Below are positions 40,901 to 50,009 of a stretch of 64,000 nt of DNA, piece after piece. Origin of the DNA: Candidatus Cloacimonadales bacterium. Its GTDB lineage: Bacteria > Cloacimonadota > Cloacimonadia > Cloacimonadales > JAIOQZ01. The DNA lies in NCBI GenBank assembly GCA_963662655.2, contig CAXXTU010000002.1, positions 1,856,001 through 1,920,000 of the forward strand, in the 5' to 3' direction. Both the position numbers and the translations under genes were made by a program. A model generated the notes under the pieces. That model did not search any database and had not been told where the DNA came from. It worked only from the letters and a program-made list of their open reading frames with translations. The first letter of the stretch is position 1; each line of letters opens with the position of its first letter.

Positions 40901-41499
40901 TATTCGATCCGTTCTTCCAGATCAAGACAAACCATGCATCTCCGTTCAAAGGATCCGGTCTCGGACTTGCCATTACGAGAAAGTTCACCGAGATGATGGG
41001 AGGAAAGATTCACGTTCGCAGCAAGGTCGAATCGGGGACAAGGTTTGACCTCTCTTTTCGGGATGTGTTGATCTGCAAGGATATCGATAACTTCTTGTGT
41101 TCGGATCGTGTGAATCCTTCAGCATACGATTTCGAGCCGACGACGGTATTGGTTGCCGACAACTCCAGGAAAAACCGCCAATTGATCCAGAACGCTCTCA
41201 AAGATACACCGCTTTCCATTATCGAAGCGGATAACTCGGGACACGCGTTGTGGATTCTCTCTCATCAGAAGAACAAGATTGTCCTTTACGATGTGGAGCT
41301 ACCTCCTGATGAGCCAGAGACATTCATTGCCAATGTCAGAAACAATCCTGAAATTGCGGATACGATCGTAATCGCGATTTCCGTAGCGATGCCCGGGATG
41401 TCGGACGAGTATTTCACGCAAATCGGCTTTAACGGGCTTCTCGCCAAACCTTTCACGGAAAAAGAGTTGCTTCAGGAATTGCATCGAGCGCTGAAATAA
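37960..41499 (+). CDS. Soluble hybrid histidine kinase with N-terminal TPR array, PAS domains, HisKA, HATPase, REC
   Basis: TPR pattern (ILNNIGVIY...), SHEMRTP, SNAGKFT, DTGIG, GSGLGL, LYD..KP. Confidence 0.92.
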   Translation: MKRYPGCSSEDVRAEEIEQLLKKLTGASEPEKIPILLQLSQEYHYDSRIALEYAELARELAIRHDLKPCHAYALIRIIEIKISQGAESETMNHLEDLTKIPSDEFSPNLLGEIASISSRLYYMNASFTKAVHDHYQAIGIFEEHNLTDKMVNHLKQIGILASNRGDIRTGLDLFNRCLALCNQNENKECIGEILNNIGVIYQNLEEYEKSITYHEQGLSIAKEISNSRLIVVCTANIGNNYHNLHQLKIAMQYYEQSLEEAIRIDNRSYIALLNGSIGRLHHEMKNYSDAFRHLSKSISIYQAIQNKNGIILVTTALAKLYMDPKFEGYLPQESIHLLQQIEQQYEDKIEMPKHMEVFKILSKAYEKQGDFAKAYEHLKSYIQMKEQLDSVKRSTEPDSFYHDMKEEEASPRDDTAELQDSPDSRASENEDLLSNIRQYGSMSISIGDMGIREMNRYLPGILGYKDKDDMDQRFDLKAFLENDENHLLDKLRMSGRLDEVEITWKDTGKYLSINGVLNRENQSVFILVRDVSEHHQLMKRLQRTQSLIKSIVNTLPPSIFWKKIDGTLLGYNKSFSDMIGNEPKVDEVIPLEDMWPFEDFSKFSRLNSKLAAQAESIIKHPVLERLKSGEDRWMEYTLMPVADSTANDEILVIIEDVTELRSLLKQVQDSESKYRTLFESSSDAIMILDREEFVDCNLQTVRMFRYDSKAEFLGLHPSAVSPPLQFHGENSYTLAMMRIEEAFTRGYAKFEWLHQRKNGETFNAEVWLARFNVNDRDVLQATVRDITQAKLDAKSLIEARNKADQASMAKSEFIASMSHEMRTPFHTILGFSDLLYDAIEDAQLREYISAIKTSGNNLLHIINEMLDLSRIEAGLFKLDARPFSIGELIRESIEISGIKTHNQNLEIVTKIDPNIPDFIIMDSARLKQVLLNLMSNAGKFTRKGSITVEAKTENVRHNRLDLILSVEDTGIGIHHSNLGKIFDPFFQIKTNHASPFKGSGLGLAITRKFTEMMGGKIHVRSKVESGTRFDLSFRDVLICKDIDNFLCSDRVNPSAYDFEPTTVLVADNSRKNRQLIQNALKDTPLSIIEADNSGHALWILSHQKNKIVLYDVELPPDEPETFIANVRNNPEIADTIVIAISVAMPGMSDEYFTQIGFNGLLAKPFTEKELLQELHRALK

Positions 41500-41552
41500 C
41501 GTTGGATCACTTTCAGACATGGTGGGTGGATGCATCCTCTGGCCTTCCTTCG

Positions 41553-41658
41553 TGTCACCCTGATGCTGTGTGTTGTGCTAAGCAAGACACGGGTTCCTCA
41601 AAGAGTCGAAAGGGTATTCCAATGATGAAACCATCCTTCGACTCCGCTCAGGATGACA
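41553..41658. repeat. REP-like inverted pair, left arm interrupted
   Basis: TGTCACCCTGA..(39 nt)..GAGTCGAAAGGG facing TCCTTCGACTCCGCTCAGGATGACA; same unit as 22133. Confidence 0.7.
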
Positions 41659-41700
41659 TTTGAGGAGAACCTCTACCCACTTGATCCATAACATGGGAAT

Positions 41701-41729
41701 AAAAAACCGGTGACGATTCGCCACCGGTT
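41701..41729 (-). terminator. Intrinsic terminator of tldD-pmbA
   Basis: AACCGGTG..CACCGGTT stem followed by T-tract on minus strand. Confidence 0.75.
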
Positions 41730-41748
41730 CAATGCTGTATCAATCGTA

Positions 41749-43080
41749 TCAATTACTGATACTAAGCTTAGCAACAAGCGTTGAGGATGATCCAACGGAA
41801 CCCAGGCTGAACCTGAAGTCGTTGGCGATCAGCTCGACGTTTTTAAGCATGTCCAGGAAGTTGCCGGAGATGGTGAACTGCTGGATTGCATGCTTCTTGA
41901 TTCCCTTCTCGTAGAGGAAACCTTCCGCTGAAAGCGAGAAATCACCGGAGATATCGTTCGCGCCGGAGTGCAAGCCAGCCAGGGAAACGATTTCGATAAC
42001 CTTGTCGTGCTTTGCGAAGAGCGCGTCGCGGTTGACCTTGCCCGGGGTCATGTACAGGTTGGAGGGAGACACATTCAAGTTGCCCTTGTAGCTTCTGCTT
42101 CCATTACCTGTGGATTCCCGGCCCTCTTTCGCCGCTGTCTGCGTGTTGTACAGAAGGCTTTTCAACTTGCCTTTCTCGATCAGCGTGGTCTTCTGCGAGG
42201 GATAGCCCTCATAGTCGAACGGCCTGCTCGAGTGTCCGCCGTGGTAGAGCGCGTCGTCGATGATGGTCACGTGATGATTGGCCACGACCTCTCCGTGCTT
42301 ACCGGCCAGGAGCGACTGCCCTTCCTGCGCTCTTTTCGAGCTGAAGATGCTGGAGAACGTTGCGAGCATCGAGCTCATCGAGCTGTTATCGAACACAACC
42401 GGGTAGGTTCCCGGAGCGATCGATTTCGGGTTAAGGAGTTCGATCGCCTTGTTGACGGTGCAGCGAGCGAGCTGCTCCGGATCGATGTCGCGAAAATCGC
42501 GCGTTGCGATGTAATCGGCGTAAGACTGCTTGTCTTCACCGTCCTGAACGATGACCGAGATAAACATGGTCGCGAGATTCGCCTTGTACTCTTTGTTCAG
42601 GCCACGGGTGTTGGCGATGCGGGTATAGTGGAAACCATCGCCGTAAATGCAATGGGAAACGCTGAAAACGCGTTTATCGAAGGCGTAAGCGATTCGCTCG
42701 AGGTCTTTTGTCTGGCGAATCTTTTCTTCGATATCCACTTCGTCCAGTTCCGGATTGTATATATCGAGGTTCATTTCGGCATCGGGATAACCGTCGAGGA
42801 GTACAACGCCCTCGTCTTCGAGGTATTTGCTGTTTTCCACGGCCTCGTTCACAATCATCTCGAAGGCATCGTCGCTGAACTCTTCCGTGTATGCGTATCC
42901 GACTCTTCCTTCTCGGATGATGCGGATACCGATACCCTTGTCGTCTGCGTAATCGAACGACTCGATTTCCTGTTCGTGAACTCTCACGCGGAACGATTTA
43001 CCTACCGAGAGCATGATCTCGACATCGTCGGCTTTATCTTTGGCTATCTTGAAGATTTTTTCGAATTCCTTTGAATACAT
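41749..43080 (-). CDS. pmbA: PmbA/TldE family protein
   Basis: GIGIRII..GRVGYAYT, PFDYEG, STGNG, SGDFS; no HExxxH; follows tldD. Confidence 0.9.
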   Translation of the reverse strand: MYSKEFEKIFKIAKDKADDVEIMLSVGKSFRVRVHEQEIESFDYADDKGIGIRIIREGRVGYAYTEEFSDDAFEMIVNEAVENSKYLEDEGVVLLDGYPDAEMNLDIYNPELDEVDIEEKIRQTKDLERIAYAFDKRVFSVSHCIYGDGFHYTRIANTRGLNKEYKANLATMFISVIVQDGEDKQSYADYIATRDFRDIDPEQLARCTVNKAIELLNPKSIAPGTYPVVFDNSSMSSMLATFSSIFSSKRAQEGQSLLAGKHGEVVANHHVTIIDDALYHGGHSSRPFDYEGYPSQKTTLIEKGKLKSLLYNTQTAAKEGRESTGNGSRSYKGNLNVSPSNLYMTPGKVNRDALFAKHDKVIEIVSLAGLHSGANDISGDFSLSAEGFLYEKGIKKHAIQQFTISGNFLDMLKNVELIANDFRFSLGSVGSSSTLVAKLSISN

Positions 43081-43081
43081 C

Positions 43082-44470
43082 TTAGCTCTCCTTTCTGCCG
43101 CCAACGACAATGTCATCGATTTTGATCGCGGGCTGTCCCACGCTTGTGGGGACGCTGCCGCTTACCGAGCCGCACATTCCGGCGGCGTAGTCTATATTGT
43201 CGGCAACCATGCTGATCTTGTGAAGCACAGCCGGGCCGTTTCCGATCAATGTCATTCCGCGGACAGGTTCGGCGATTTTTCCGTTGCGAACCATGTAGCC
43301 TTCCGCAACCGCGAAGTTGAAGTTTCCGGTGCCGGGCTGAACGGAGCCGCCACCCATCTTCTTGGCGTAAATGCCGTAATCGATGGATGAAATCAGCTCG
43401 TCGAGCTTGCTCTTGCCCGGAGCGATGAACGTGTTTCTCATGCGGGATGCCGGCGCGTATTTGTATGATTCGCGGCGTCCGCTTCCTGTCTTCTCGTAAC
43501 CTGTCTTCTGGCTACCGATGCGGTCTACCATGAACGATTTGAGGATACCGTTCTCGATGAGCACGGTGCGCTTGGTCGGCATCCCTTCGTCATCGACGTT
43601 TTCCGATCCCCACATGTTCGGCATGGTTCCGTCGTCGATGGCGGTTACAACTGGATTCGCGATCTGCTTTCCGAGTTGGTCGCTGAAAACGGAAACGCCC
43701 TTCGCCACGGAAGTGGTTTCCAGGCCGTGGCCGCAAGCTTCGTGGAAAATCACGCCGCCGAAGCCGTTGTCGATGATCGCCGGGAATTTTCCGCTCGGCG
43801 CGTAATCCGCTTCGAGCATGGTGACGGCGATTTGGGAGGCTTTCATTCCGAGGTCTTCCAGATCGAGGCCGCGGAAGAATTCGTAGCCGATCAACCCGCC
43901 CGGGCTTTCGGAGCCGGTTTGCTTCTCGCCGTTCTTTTCGGCGATCGAAGTGACGCGAATGCGTGAGTAGTGCCTGTCGTCTTCAACGAACACGCCTTCG
44001 CTGTTCGCGATCAGGACGTGCTGCATCCTTTCGTAGATGCCCAGATCGGCCTGTGTGATGAGCTTGCTGTAGGCACGTGCGTGCTTGTCGATGTTCAGAA
44101 GGAGGTCGATTTTCTCCTTCTTGGCGATGTCGTTCGCCATGATCTGGTACGGATGCAGATTCTTGTAAGCCAGCGTGGTCAGGTCGAGCGCTTTCACTCT
44201 GCAATCGCTCTTGGCTGCCTTGCTGACCGCGTCCGCTGCCGCGAGCAGCGACGCTTCCTGTAAGTCGTTCGTGTAGGCGTATATCGCCAACGAACCGTAG
44301 ATAACGCGAATGCCGGCGCCATAATCGCGACCGACGATGGATTGTTTTACCTTGCTGTCGTTAAGCGTGATGTTCGACTGATACTGGTTTTCCACAAACA
44401 GTTCCGCGAAATCCGCTCCACGAGATAAAGCTTTTTCAATCACTTTTTCAATAAGTGGTTTGGGTAGCAT
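43082..44470 (-). CDS. tldD: TldD metalloprotease
   Basis: FHEACGHGLE, DDEG, RMRNT, GMCG, GQP. Confidence 0.94.
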   Translation of the reverse strand: MLPKPLIEKVIEKALSRGADFAELFVENQYQSNITLNDSKVKQSIVGRDYGAGIRVIYGSLAIYAYTNDLQEASLLAAADAVSKAAKSDCRVKALDLTTLAYKNLHPYQIMANDIAKKEKIDLLLNIDKHARAYSKLITQADLGIYERMQHVLIANSEGVFVEDDRHYSRIRVTSIAEKNGEKQTGSESPGGLIGYEFFRGLDLEDLGMKASQIAVTMLEADYAPSGKFPAIIDNGFGGVIFHEACGHGLETTSVAKGVSVFSDQLGKQIANPVVTAIDDGTMPNMWGSENVDDEGMPTKRTVLIENGILKSFMVDRIGSQKTGYEKTGSGRRESYKYAPASRMRNTFIAPGKSKLDELISSIDYGIYAKKMGGGSVQPGTGNFNFAVAEGYMVRNGKIAEPVRGMTLIGNGPAVLHKISMVADNIDYAAGMCGSVSGSVPTSVGQPAIKIDDIVVGGRKES

Positions 44471-44683
44471 GTAACCTCCACGTAGTTTCAATCTTGGGGT
44501 CACAACTTCGATGGAAATCGATATCCGTCAAGGAATTCGTTTGCTTTCGATAAAGCCGGAGCGCACCCGTTCAATATTAATTTACCGTTCGAATCCCCTT
44601 AATCAGCTTGCCGCAAGCTTTTAGCGGCAAAGCCGTCTGCAATATCAGCAGATACAAAAAAAATCACCCGCCCTGGGAATGAC

Positions 44684-44712
44684 AAAAAAAGCGGCCGATT
44701 TCTCAGCCGCTT
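44684..44712 (-). terminator. Intrinsic terminator
   Basis: Minus strand AAGCGGCTGAGAAATCGGCCGC-T7 just after the barrel gene. Confidence 0.75.
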
Positions 44713-44732
44713 CAATTATTCTCAGGTAGTTT

Positions 44733-46055
44733 CTACCATTTTGTTTCTGCGCCGACAAGCCAGCCAGCAGCCATGTCTTCACCACCCATGTAGTCTTTGT
44801 TCGGGAACAAGAGACCAACAAGTGTGTAAAGCTTGGTTTTCTTTGCCATCTCGTAGCTGATTTCAAGATCGAGTTCGTCCCACATCGGTTCGCCGGAGAT
44901 CTCGTCACCGTTTCCATTCTTATAGTTCGCAGAGTTATCCATGAAGGAATAAAGGTCAAGACCGATGCGAAGATTTTCCATCATCGTGACACCGCCACCG
45001 ATGGAGAACATGTTCAAACCTGAAATTGTCGAAGAAGCGATGTTATAGCTCATGTAACCAAGCTCGCGGTTACCAAGGCCAATACCCTGCCAGCACTCAT
45101 TCTCATCAGCGGTGTCGGCATCGTCGCCGGATTTCGAGAAGAATTCGATGTTGGCATCGATACCTACGCTACCCGCTTCCAATTCGAAACCGGTACCCAG
45201 GTCGAAAAGGTAACCGGAGTAATTGTAGTCATCGCCACCGGCTGCTGATTTCTCGGCAGCGCCAAACTGGAATGCAACTTCCATGAAAGGAGTAAGCATC
45301 CCGTCAACGAGATTGAGATCGCCACGTACGCCCAGAACCCAGAGGTTGTCGTTAACAAAATCATCGGCATTCTCAGGATCTTGAAGCTGCATATAGTTCC
45401 ACCAGAAATAGCCATTGATATCAACCATGTCGGCAAGTTTGTCCACGCCGCCATTGAGACCCCAGATGGTGTACTGAACTGGTGAATCGACTGCCCAGTA
45501 ATTGTTATATTGTTCTCTCAGGATATACTGGTAATTGATGTAGGCCGCGCCAAATTTCGCGCCAATCCTGAAACCGTCAACCTTGTCCTTGTCGGACATC
45601 ACGTTGCCCGATCCCATCTTGTAGACCTTGCGACCGATTTCACCATTGAGCTGGTCAATGAAGAGCTTCTTGAAGCCAATATAAGCTTCCTGAAGCTTCG
45701 GTGATGAATCTTCCCAGTTATCGGCATCGTTGTTCGCGCCGAAAATCATCCATTTGTCACCGTTTTCGGATTCAAAACGTGTGTTGATCACAGCACAGAT
45801 GTTCTCGGTAATCATGGTCTTGAAGTTCAGATCGGTACGAGCCTGTCCGTAAGCGGCAACGTCGTTACCTTCAACGGTACCGGCGTCCTTGTCATAATCG
45901 TAATCGGTGAAGTCTGTCATGTTGTTTTCGGTTATAAGTTCGATGGTGATACGACCGCCAAACTTGAACTGCGGATAATCCTTATCGCCAGCCATAAGAG
46001 CGGACGAGATCGCCAGCAAGCTGACAACAACGACGAAAAGAGTAATTTTTCTCAT
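44733..46055 (-). CDS. Outer-membrane beta-barrel protein (alginate-export/porin-like)
   Basis: Signal peptide, amphipathic strands, LQEAYI..GR..G.G..DG pattern, ELDLEISY, terminal W. Confidence 0.75.
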   Translation of the reverse strand: MRKITLFVVVVSLLAISSALMAGDKDYPQFKFGGRITIELITENNMTDFTDYDYDKDAGTVEGNDVAAYGQARTDLNFKTMITENICAVINTRFESENGDKWMIFGANNDADNWEDSSPKLQEAYIGFKKLFIDQLNGEIGRKVYKMGSGNVMSDKDKVDGFRIGAKFGAAYINYQYILREQYNNYWAVDSPVQYTIWGLNGGVDKLADMVDINGYFWWNYMQLQDPENADDFVNDNLWVLGVRGDLNLVDGMLTPFMEVAFQFGAAEKSAAGGDDYNYSGYLFDLGTGFELEAGSVGIDANIEFFSKSGDDADTADENECWQGIGLGNRELGYMSYNIASSTISGLNMFSIGGGVTMMENLRIGLDLYSFMDNSANYKNGNGDEISGEPMWDELDLEISYEMAKKTKLYTLVGLLFPNKDYMGGEDMAAGWLVGAETKW

Positions 46056-46352
46056 CTTTCCTCCATTTTTTAGGAATTTAGTTTCTCATTCACGGTATTC
46101 TATTGTACGATAACCGACATATAAAATCAAATAAACGTCTGTCAAGAACGTTTTTTTTCCCTCAAACACGTTCTGCATCGTACATTCATGCATACCCGCC
46201 CTGTGTTAGGCAATAACAAAATCCGTGTTAACGAATACTTAATAAACCCAAACGGGCATCTCGCACCACACAACCGATTATAAATAAATAAATTAGAATC
46301 GTGCACTCACTTTGCGAAGTACGGGGAAGTCGTATGAAATGTACTGGAAAAT

Positions 46353-46381
46353 AAAAAGAACCGAGAAATGAGTCTCGGTTC
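46353..46381 (-). terminator. Intrinsic terminator of the small zinc-ribbon gene
   Basis: GAACCGAGA/TCTCGGTTC 9-bp stem then T-tract on minus strand. Confidence 0.75.
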
Positions 46382-46398
46382 ATAATTTCGGAAATTTT

Positions 46399-46578
46399 TT
46401 ATTCCGCAGCGACTTGCGGAAGTGCGCGCTTGCGACAAAGCTTACACACTTTCGTCTTCTTGTCGGCGCCCTTCACTTCGTAAAGGAGCTTCACGCCGGT
46501 TCGATCGCAGATCGGGCATTTGCCCCTGGCGTGATTCGGAAATTCGTTGAGACCTTTGCCTCTATGTGCTTTTGCCAT
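46399..46578 (-). CDS. 59-aa basic zinc-ribbon protein (two CxxC), not in ORF track
   Basis: MAKAHRGKGLNEFPNHARGKCPICDRTGVKLLYEVKGADKKTKVCKLCRKRALPQVAAE; GAGGTGA RBS, TTGACG upstream, own terminator. Confidence 0.85.
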   Translation of the reverse strand: MAKAHRGKGLNEFPNHARGKCPICDRTGVKLLYEVKGADKKTKVCKLCRKRALPQVAAE

Positions 46579-46746
46579 AATATCACCTCATGTTTGATAA
46601 TATTCGATTGATTCAGACAATTCGCAAAGGGTTTTCCGTCAAGCATTATTTGCAATTGCGCCGTCGAGCCGCCACCGACACGGCACAAATCCACCCTAAA
46701 ACGATTTATCTTTACATTTTATCACCGCCGTTTCGATTCATGCATC

Positions 46747-47844
46747 ATGAAAGGATGTATTATCGCATTATCGATTCTCATGATCCTGGGCTGCGTCGAT
46801 CCGGGCAAGGAGCCGTCCGAAGCGGCAACGGAACCTGTTCGCGTCACGTGCGCTTTCACGGGCGACTTGATGTTTCACGATTCGGTGATCCGCTCCGCAT
46901 GGGACGAACCCGGCAGCCGGCACGATTTCGCGCCGGTTTTTACCGACCTTCGAAACATCGTCGATACGGTCGATATCGCTGTGGCAAACTTCGAGACCGT
47001 CCTTGCCGGAGAAGCTTACCCCTACAAAGGCTATCCGCGCTTCAACACGCCGGATGATATCCTTTCCGCAATCAAGTCTTGTGGTTTTGATATACTCCAG
47101 ACGGCAAACAACCACTGCCTCGACTATCATCTGCGCGGTCTTACCCGCACAATAGAAAAAATTCGCGAACAGGGCCTTCTGAACTGCGGGACGTTCGCAC
47201 CGGACGATTCCCTGCGCTATACCGTCACGAATATCCGGGGTATAAGCGTCGGCTTTTTCGCCTTCACGTACGGAGCGAACGGTAACCGAAAATCCCTTCC
47301 AGCAAATATCGCGTACGATCCGGTGAATTTTCAGGATACCGGTTCGCTCGAGCAGGAAGTTCGCGGAGCGGCTTCGACCTGCGATTTTCTGTTTATTCTC
47401 CCCCACTGGGGCAACGAATACGAGGTACGCTCCAGTCCGGAACAACGCGCCCTGGCCCGGGACCTCGTTAAGTGGGGAGCCGATGCCGTTATCGGGACGC
47501 ATCCGCATGTGATCCAGGAGAGCGAGCGCATCGGGGATGTTCCGGTCGTCTATTCGCTGGGAAACTGCGTGTCGTCGATGACCGAAAAATATACGGGCAC
47601 GCCCTCAACTCAGTCTGGAGCTGTACTCGTTGTCTCGCTTGTCAAAGGCAAAGAGACATCCATCGAATCGATCCGCCACATCCCTCTTTGGCTCTGCGCA
47701 TTCCACGACGAAAGCAAGCTGAATTACGAAGTCGTCGACATCTCCCGAGCGCTGGAACAAACGCCTTATCGTTTCTCTCCTGCCGAAAGAGAAAAAATGC
47801 TTCAGGCACGGAAAAAGACCAACAACCAACTAAACGGCCTATAA
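46747..47844 (+). CDS. CapA (PGA_cap) family metallophosphoesterase-like lipoprotein
   Basis: GDLM, NFET, TANNHCLD, HWGNEY, GTHPHV, YSLGN; LGC lipobox. Confidence 0.93.
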   Translation: MKGCIIALSILMILGCVDPGKEPSEAATEPVRVTCAFTGDLMFHDSVIRSAWDEPGSRHDFAPVFTDLRNIVDTVDIAVANFETVLAGEAYPYKGYPRFNTPDDILSAIKSCGFDILQTANNHCLDYHLRGLTRTIEKIREQGLLNCGTFAPDDSLRYTVTNIRGISVGFFAFTYGANGNRKSLPANIAYDPVNFQDTGSLEQEVRGAASTCDFLFILPHWGNEYEVRSSPEQRALARDLVKWGADAVIGTHPHVIQESERIGDVPVVYSLGNCVSSMTEKYTGTPSTQSGAVLVVSLVKGKETSIESIRHIPLWLCAFHDESKLNYEVVDISRALEQTPYRFSPAEREKMLQARKKTNNQLNGL

Positions 47845-47930
47845 AAGAACCTTGCGAATATAAAAAACCTTGACGATTCCCGTAGTTAAAGCGAAGATAT
47901 AGAAGTAATCGAAATTCTGGAGGAGAAAAT

Positions 47931-48557
47931 ATGAGAATTTTGAGAGGATTCATTTTCCTGTATGTGATCGTTTCGCTGTTCGCTTGTGCGAGAACCGCAC
48001 AAAGCAAAGTGGAGGACGCAGAATACTTTGAAAGCGTCATGAAGTATGACGTCGCGCTCGACAAGTACAACAGGGCTATCCAGATCGAACCGGAAAACGC
48101 CGAACTGTACTACCGCAAGGGGCGTGTTCTGGCCAAGATGGCGGTCCCGCTACTTCTGGAGATGTCGAAGGAAAAATCGTTCGATACGGAGGGGAGGAAT
48201 CTCGACAATTCCAGCGAGATCAACGTATCGGTCGATAAAGCCAAAATCGCGGAGATCGAGCAGAAAATACGCAGTTGCCATCAGCAGGCCATCATGGCCT
48301 ACAAGAAGGCCATCGAACTGAATCCCGAGCTGGATCAGGTTTTTTTCCCGATGGCTGGTTCCTACTATCAACTCAAGGAATGGGACAACGCGATCATCTA
48401 CTACAATCGCGCGCTCAAAAGCAACTTCGAGAATCCGGACGCCTATCTGCTGATCGCAGATTGCTACGAAAAGAAAGGGGAGCAGCAGAAGGCAATGGAG
48501 AACTATCGTCTGGCTGCTCAGTACGGATCGCAAAAAGCAAAAGACAAGCTGAAATAG
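47931..48557 (+). CDS. TPR lipoprotein
   Basis: LFAC lipobox; repeated A..Y.KAI...P TPR units. Confidence 0.88.
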   Translation: MRILRGFIFLYVIVSLFACARTAQSKVEDAEYFESVMKYDVALDKYNRAIQIEPENAELYYRKGRVLAKMAVPLLLEMSKEKSFDTEGRNLDNSSEINVSVDKAKIAEIEQKIRSCHQQAIMAYKKAIELNPELDQVFFPMAGSYYQLKEWDNAIIYYNRALKSNFENPDAYLLIADCYEKKGEQQKAMENYRLAAQYGSQKAKDKLK

Positions 48558-48575
48558 TCTGAAGAATTTACAAGG

Positions 48576-48610
48576 GAAAGAGGTTCAAGGCTGGAACCTC
48601 TTTCTTTTTT
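48576..48610 (+). terminator. Intrinsic terminator overlapping the aroA 3' end
   Basis: GAAAGAGGTTC/GAACCTCTTTC stem plus T6. Confidence 0.75.
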
Positions 48611-49829
48611 CCCAGAAATCCCTGCACGATTTGCAAACACACACGGGATCATCGACCGTTACCTGCGGAAACCTCAATGCGAGAATCGCGAACGCCATGG
48701 CAATACGGTGGTCGTGACCCGTATGAATCATCGTTTCTTGCGGAGAATCTTGTAGCGGCTCCACAATGATCCCATCACCGGATAGACGAATCGCCCCCCC
48801 GATACGCCCTACCTCTTCCACCAGCCGCTCGATACGATTACTCTCCTTCCAGCGAAGGTGCCTGACGCCAGCAATCATGCTCGGGGAATCGGCGATGAGA
48901 GCGAGGACAACCAGCGGCGGCACACAGTCCGGCATATCTCTCATATCCACCCCGATCCCATGCAAGCTTTCTGCATGGACACGAACTGTGCTTCCTCCGC
49001 GGATCGCTTTCGCCCCCATCCGCTCGAGGACATCGATGAATCGAGCGTCTCCTTGCAGAGAGTCCCTGGCAGGAAACATGATCGGACGGGCGTTCCCCGT
49101 CATCAAGCTCGCGATTGCCCAAAACGCTGCCGTCGAGGCGTCCGGCTCGATGACACAGACATCGGGCGCATTGTATCGCTGGTTTCCGGGAACATAGACG
49201 CGCCTGTCACGATGCTCGACGACCACCCCGAAGTCCCTCATGACACCTGCAGTCATGCGGATGTACGGCAGAGAAACTTGCGACGGACTGAGCGCGATCT
49301 CGCAGCCTTCCTCCGTCAATGGCGCGGCAAGCATCATGGCGCTTACGTATTGACTGCTGACTTCGCCGGAGGTCTCCAGATGAAGGCGTTCCAGCTTCTT
49401 GCCCTTTACTATGAAGATAGAGCGCTCGATGTCGATCTCGATATCCGCTCCACTCTTTTTCAGCGCATCGATCAACTCGGTGTGCGGTCGCTTGACGAGT
49501 TGCGGGTCAAGCTGTATTCGCGCAACGACATTCGGTGTAACGGCCAGCCTCGCCAGCATGAAGCGCATTGCGGTTGCCGAGCCATCGAAACGCAGCTCAA
49601 GAGCTCTATCGTCGTGCATCCCGGGCTCGATCTCGCAAAGTGAATCTGAAATTCTTATAAAAAAACCAAGATTTCTCAGGGCTCGAATCAGCTCCGTCGT
49701 GTCTTCACAATCCGGCATGTTCGAGATTATGGTTTTCCCTTCGACAAAACTGCTGATAATCAGCGCTCGCGCCATTATCGATTTTGATCCGGCCACTTCA
49801 ATGAGTCCGGCAGCATTCATTTCGGTCAT
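48585..49829 (-). CDS. aroA: EPSP synthase (3-phosphoshikimate 1-carboxyvinyltransferase)
   Basis: GSKS, RP, SSQYVS, DMPD, KESNR, DHRIAM. Confidence 0.9.
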   Translation of the reverse strand: MTEMNAAGLIEVAGSKSIMARALIISSFVEGKTIISNMPDCEDTTELIRALRNLGFFIRISDSLCEIEPGMHDDRALELRFDGSATAMRFMLARLAVTPNVVARIQLDPQLVKRPHTELIDALKKSGADIEIDIERSIFIVKGKKLERLHLETSGEVSSQYVSAMMLAAPLTEEGCEIALSPSQVSLPYIRMTAGVMRDFGVVVEHRDRRVYVPGNQRYNAPDVCVIEPDASTAAFWAIASLMTGNARPIMFPARDSLQGDARFIDVLERMGAKAIRGGSTVRVHAESLHGIGVDMRDMPDCVPPLVVLALIADSPSMIAGVRHLRWKESNRIERLVEEVGRIGGAIRLSGDGIIVEPLQDSPQETMIHTGHDHRIAMAFAILALRFPQVTVDDPVCVCKSCRDFWEKRKRFQP

Positions 49830-50009
49830 GCGATTTCCCTTTATTGTCCAGCAGTGCACGTTTCACGTACGAAAGCGTTCATTGACAAAATAAAACCGGT
49901 AGCATCTTATTGACACTCAGGGGGGCCTGTCAACCAGTTCATATCAATCAGCGCTATTGGTCTGGGTTTTGCATGTGGAAAACCAATATTATCTGAGGAG
50001 AGAGAGATT

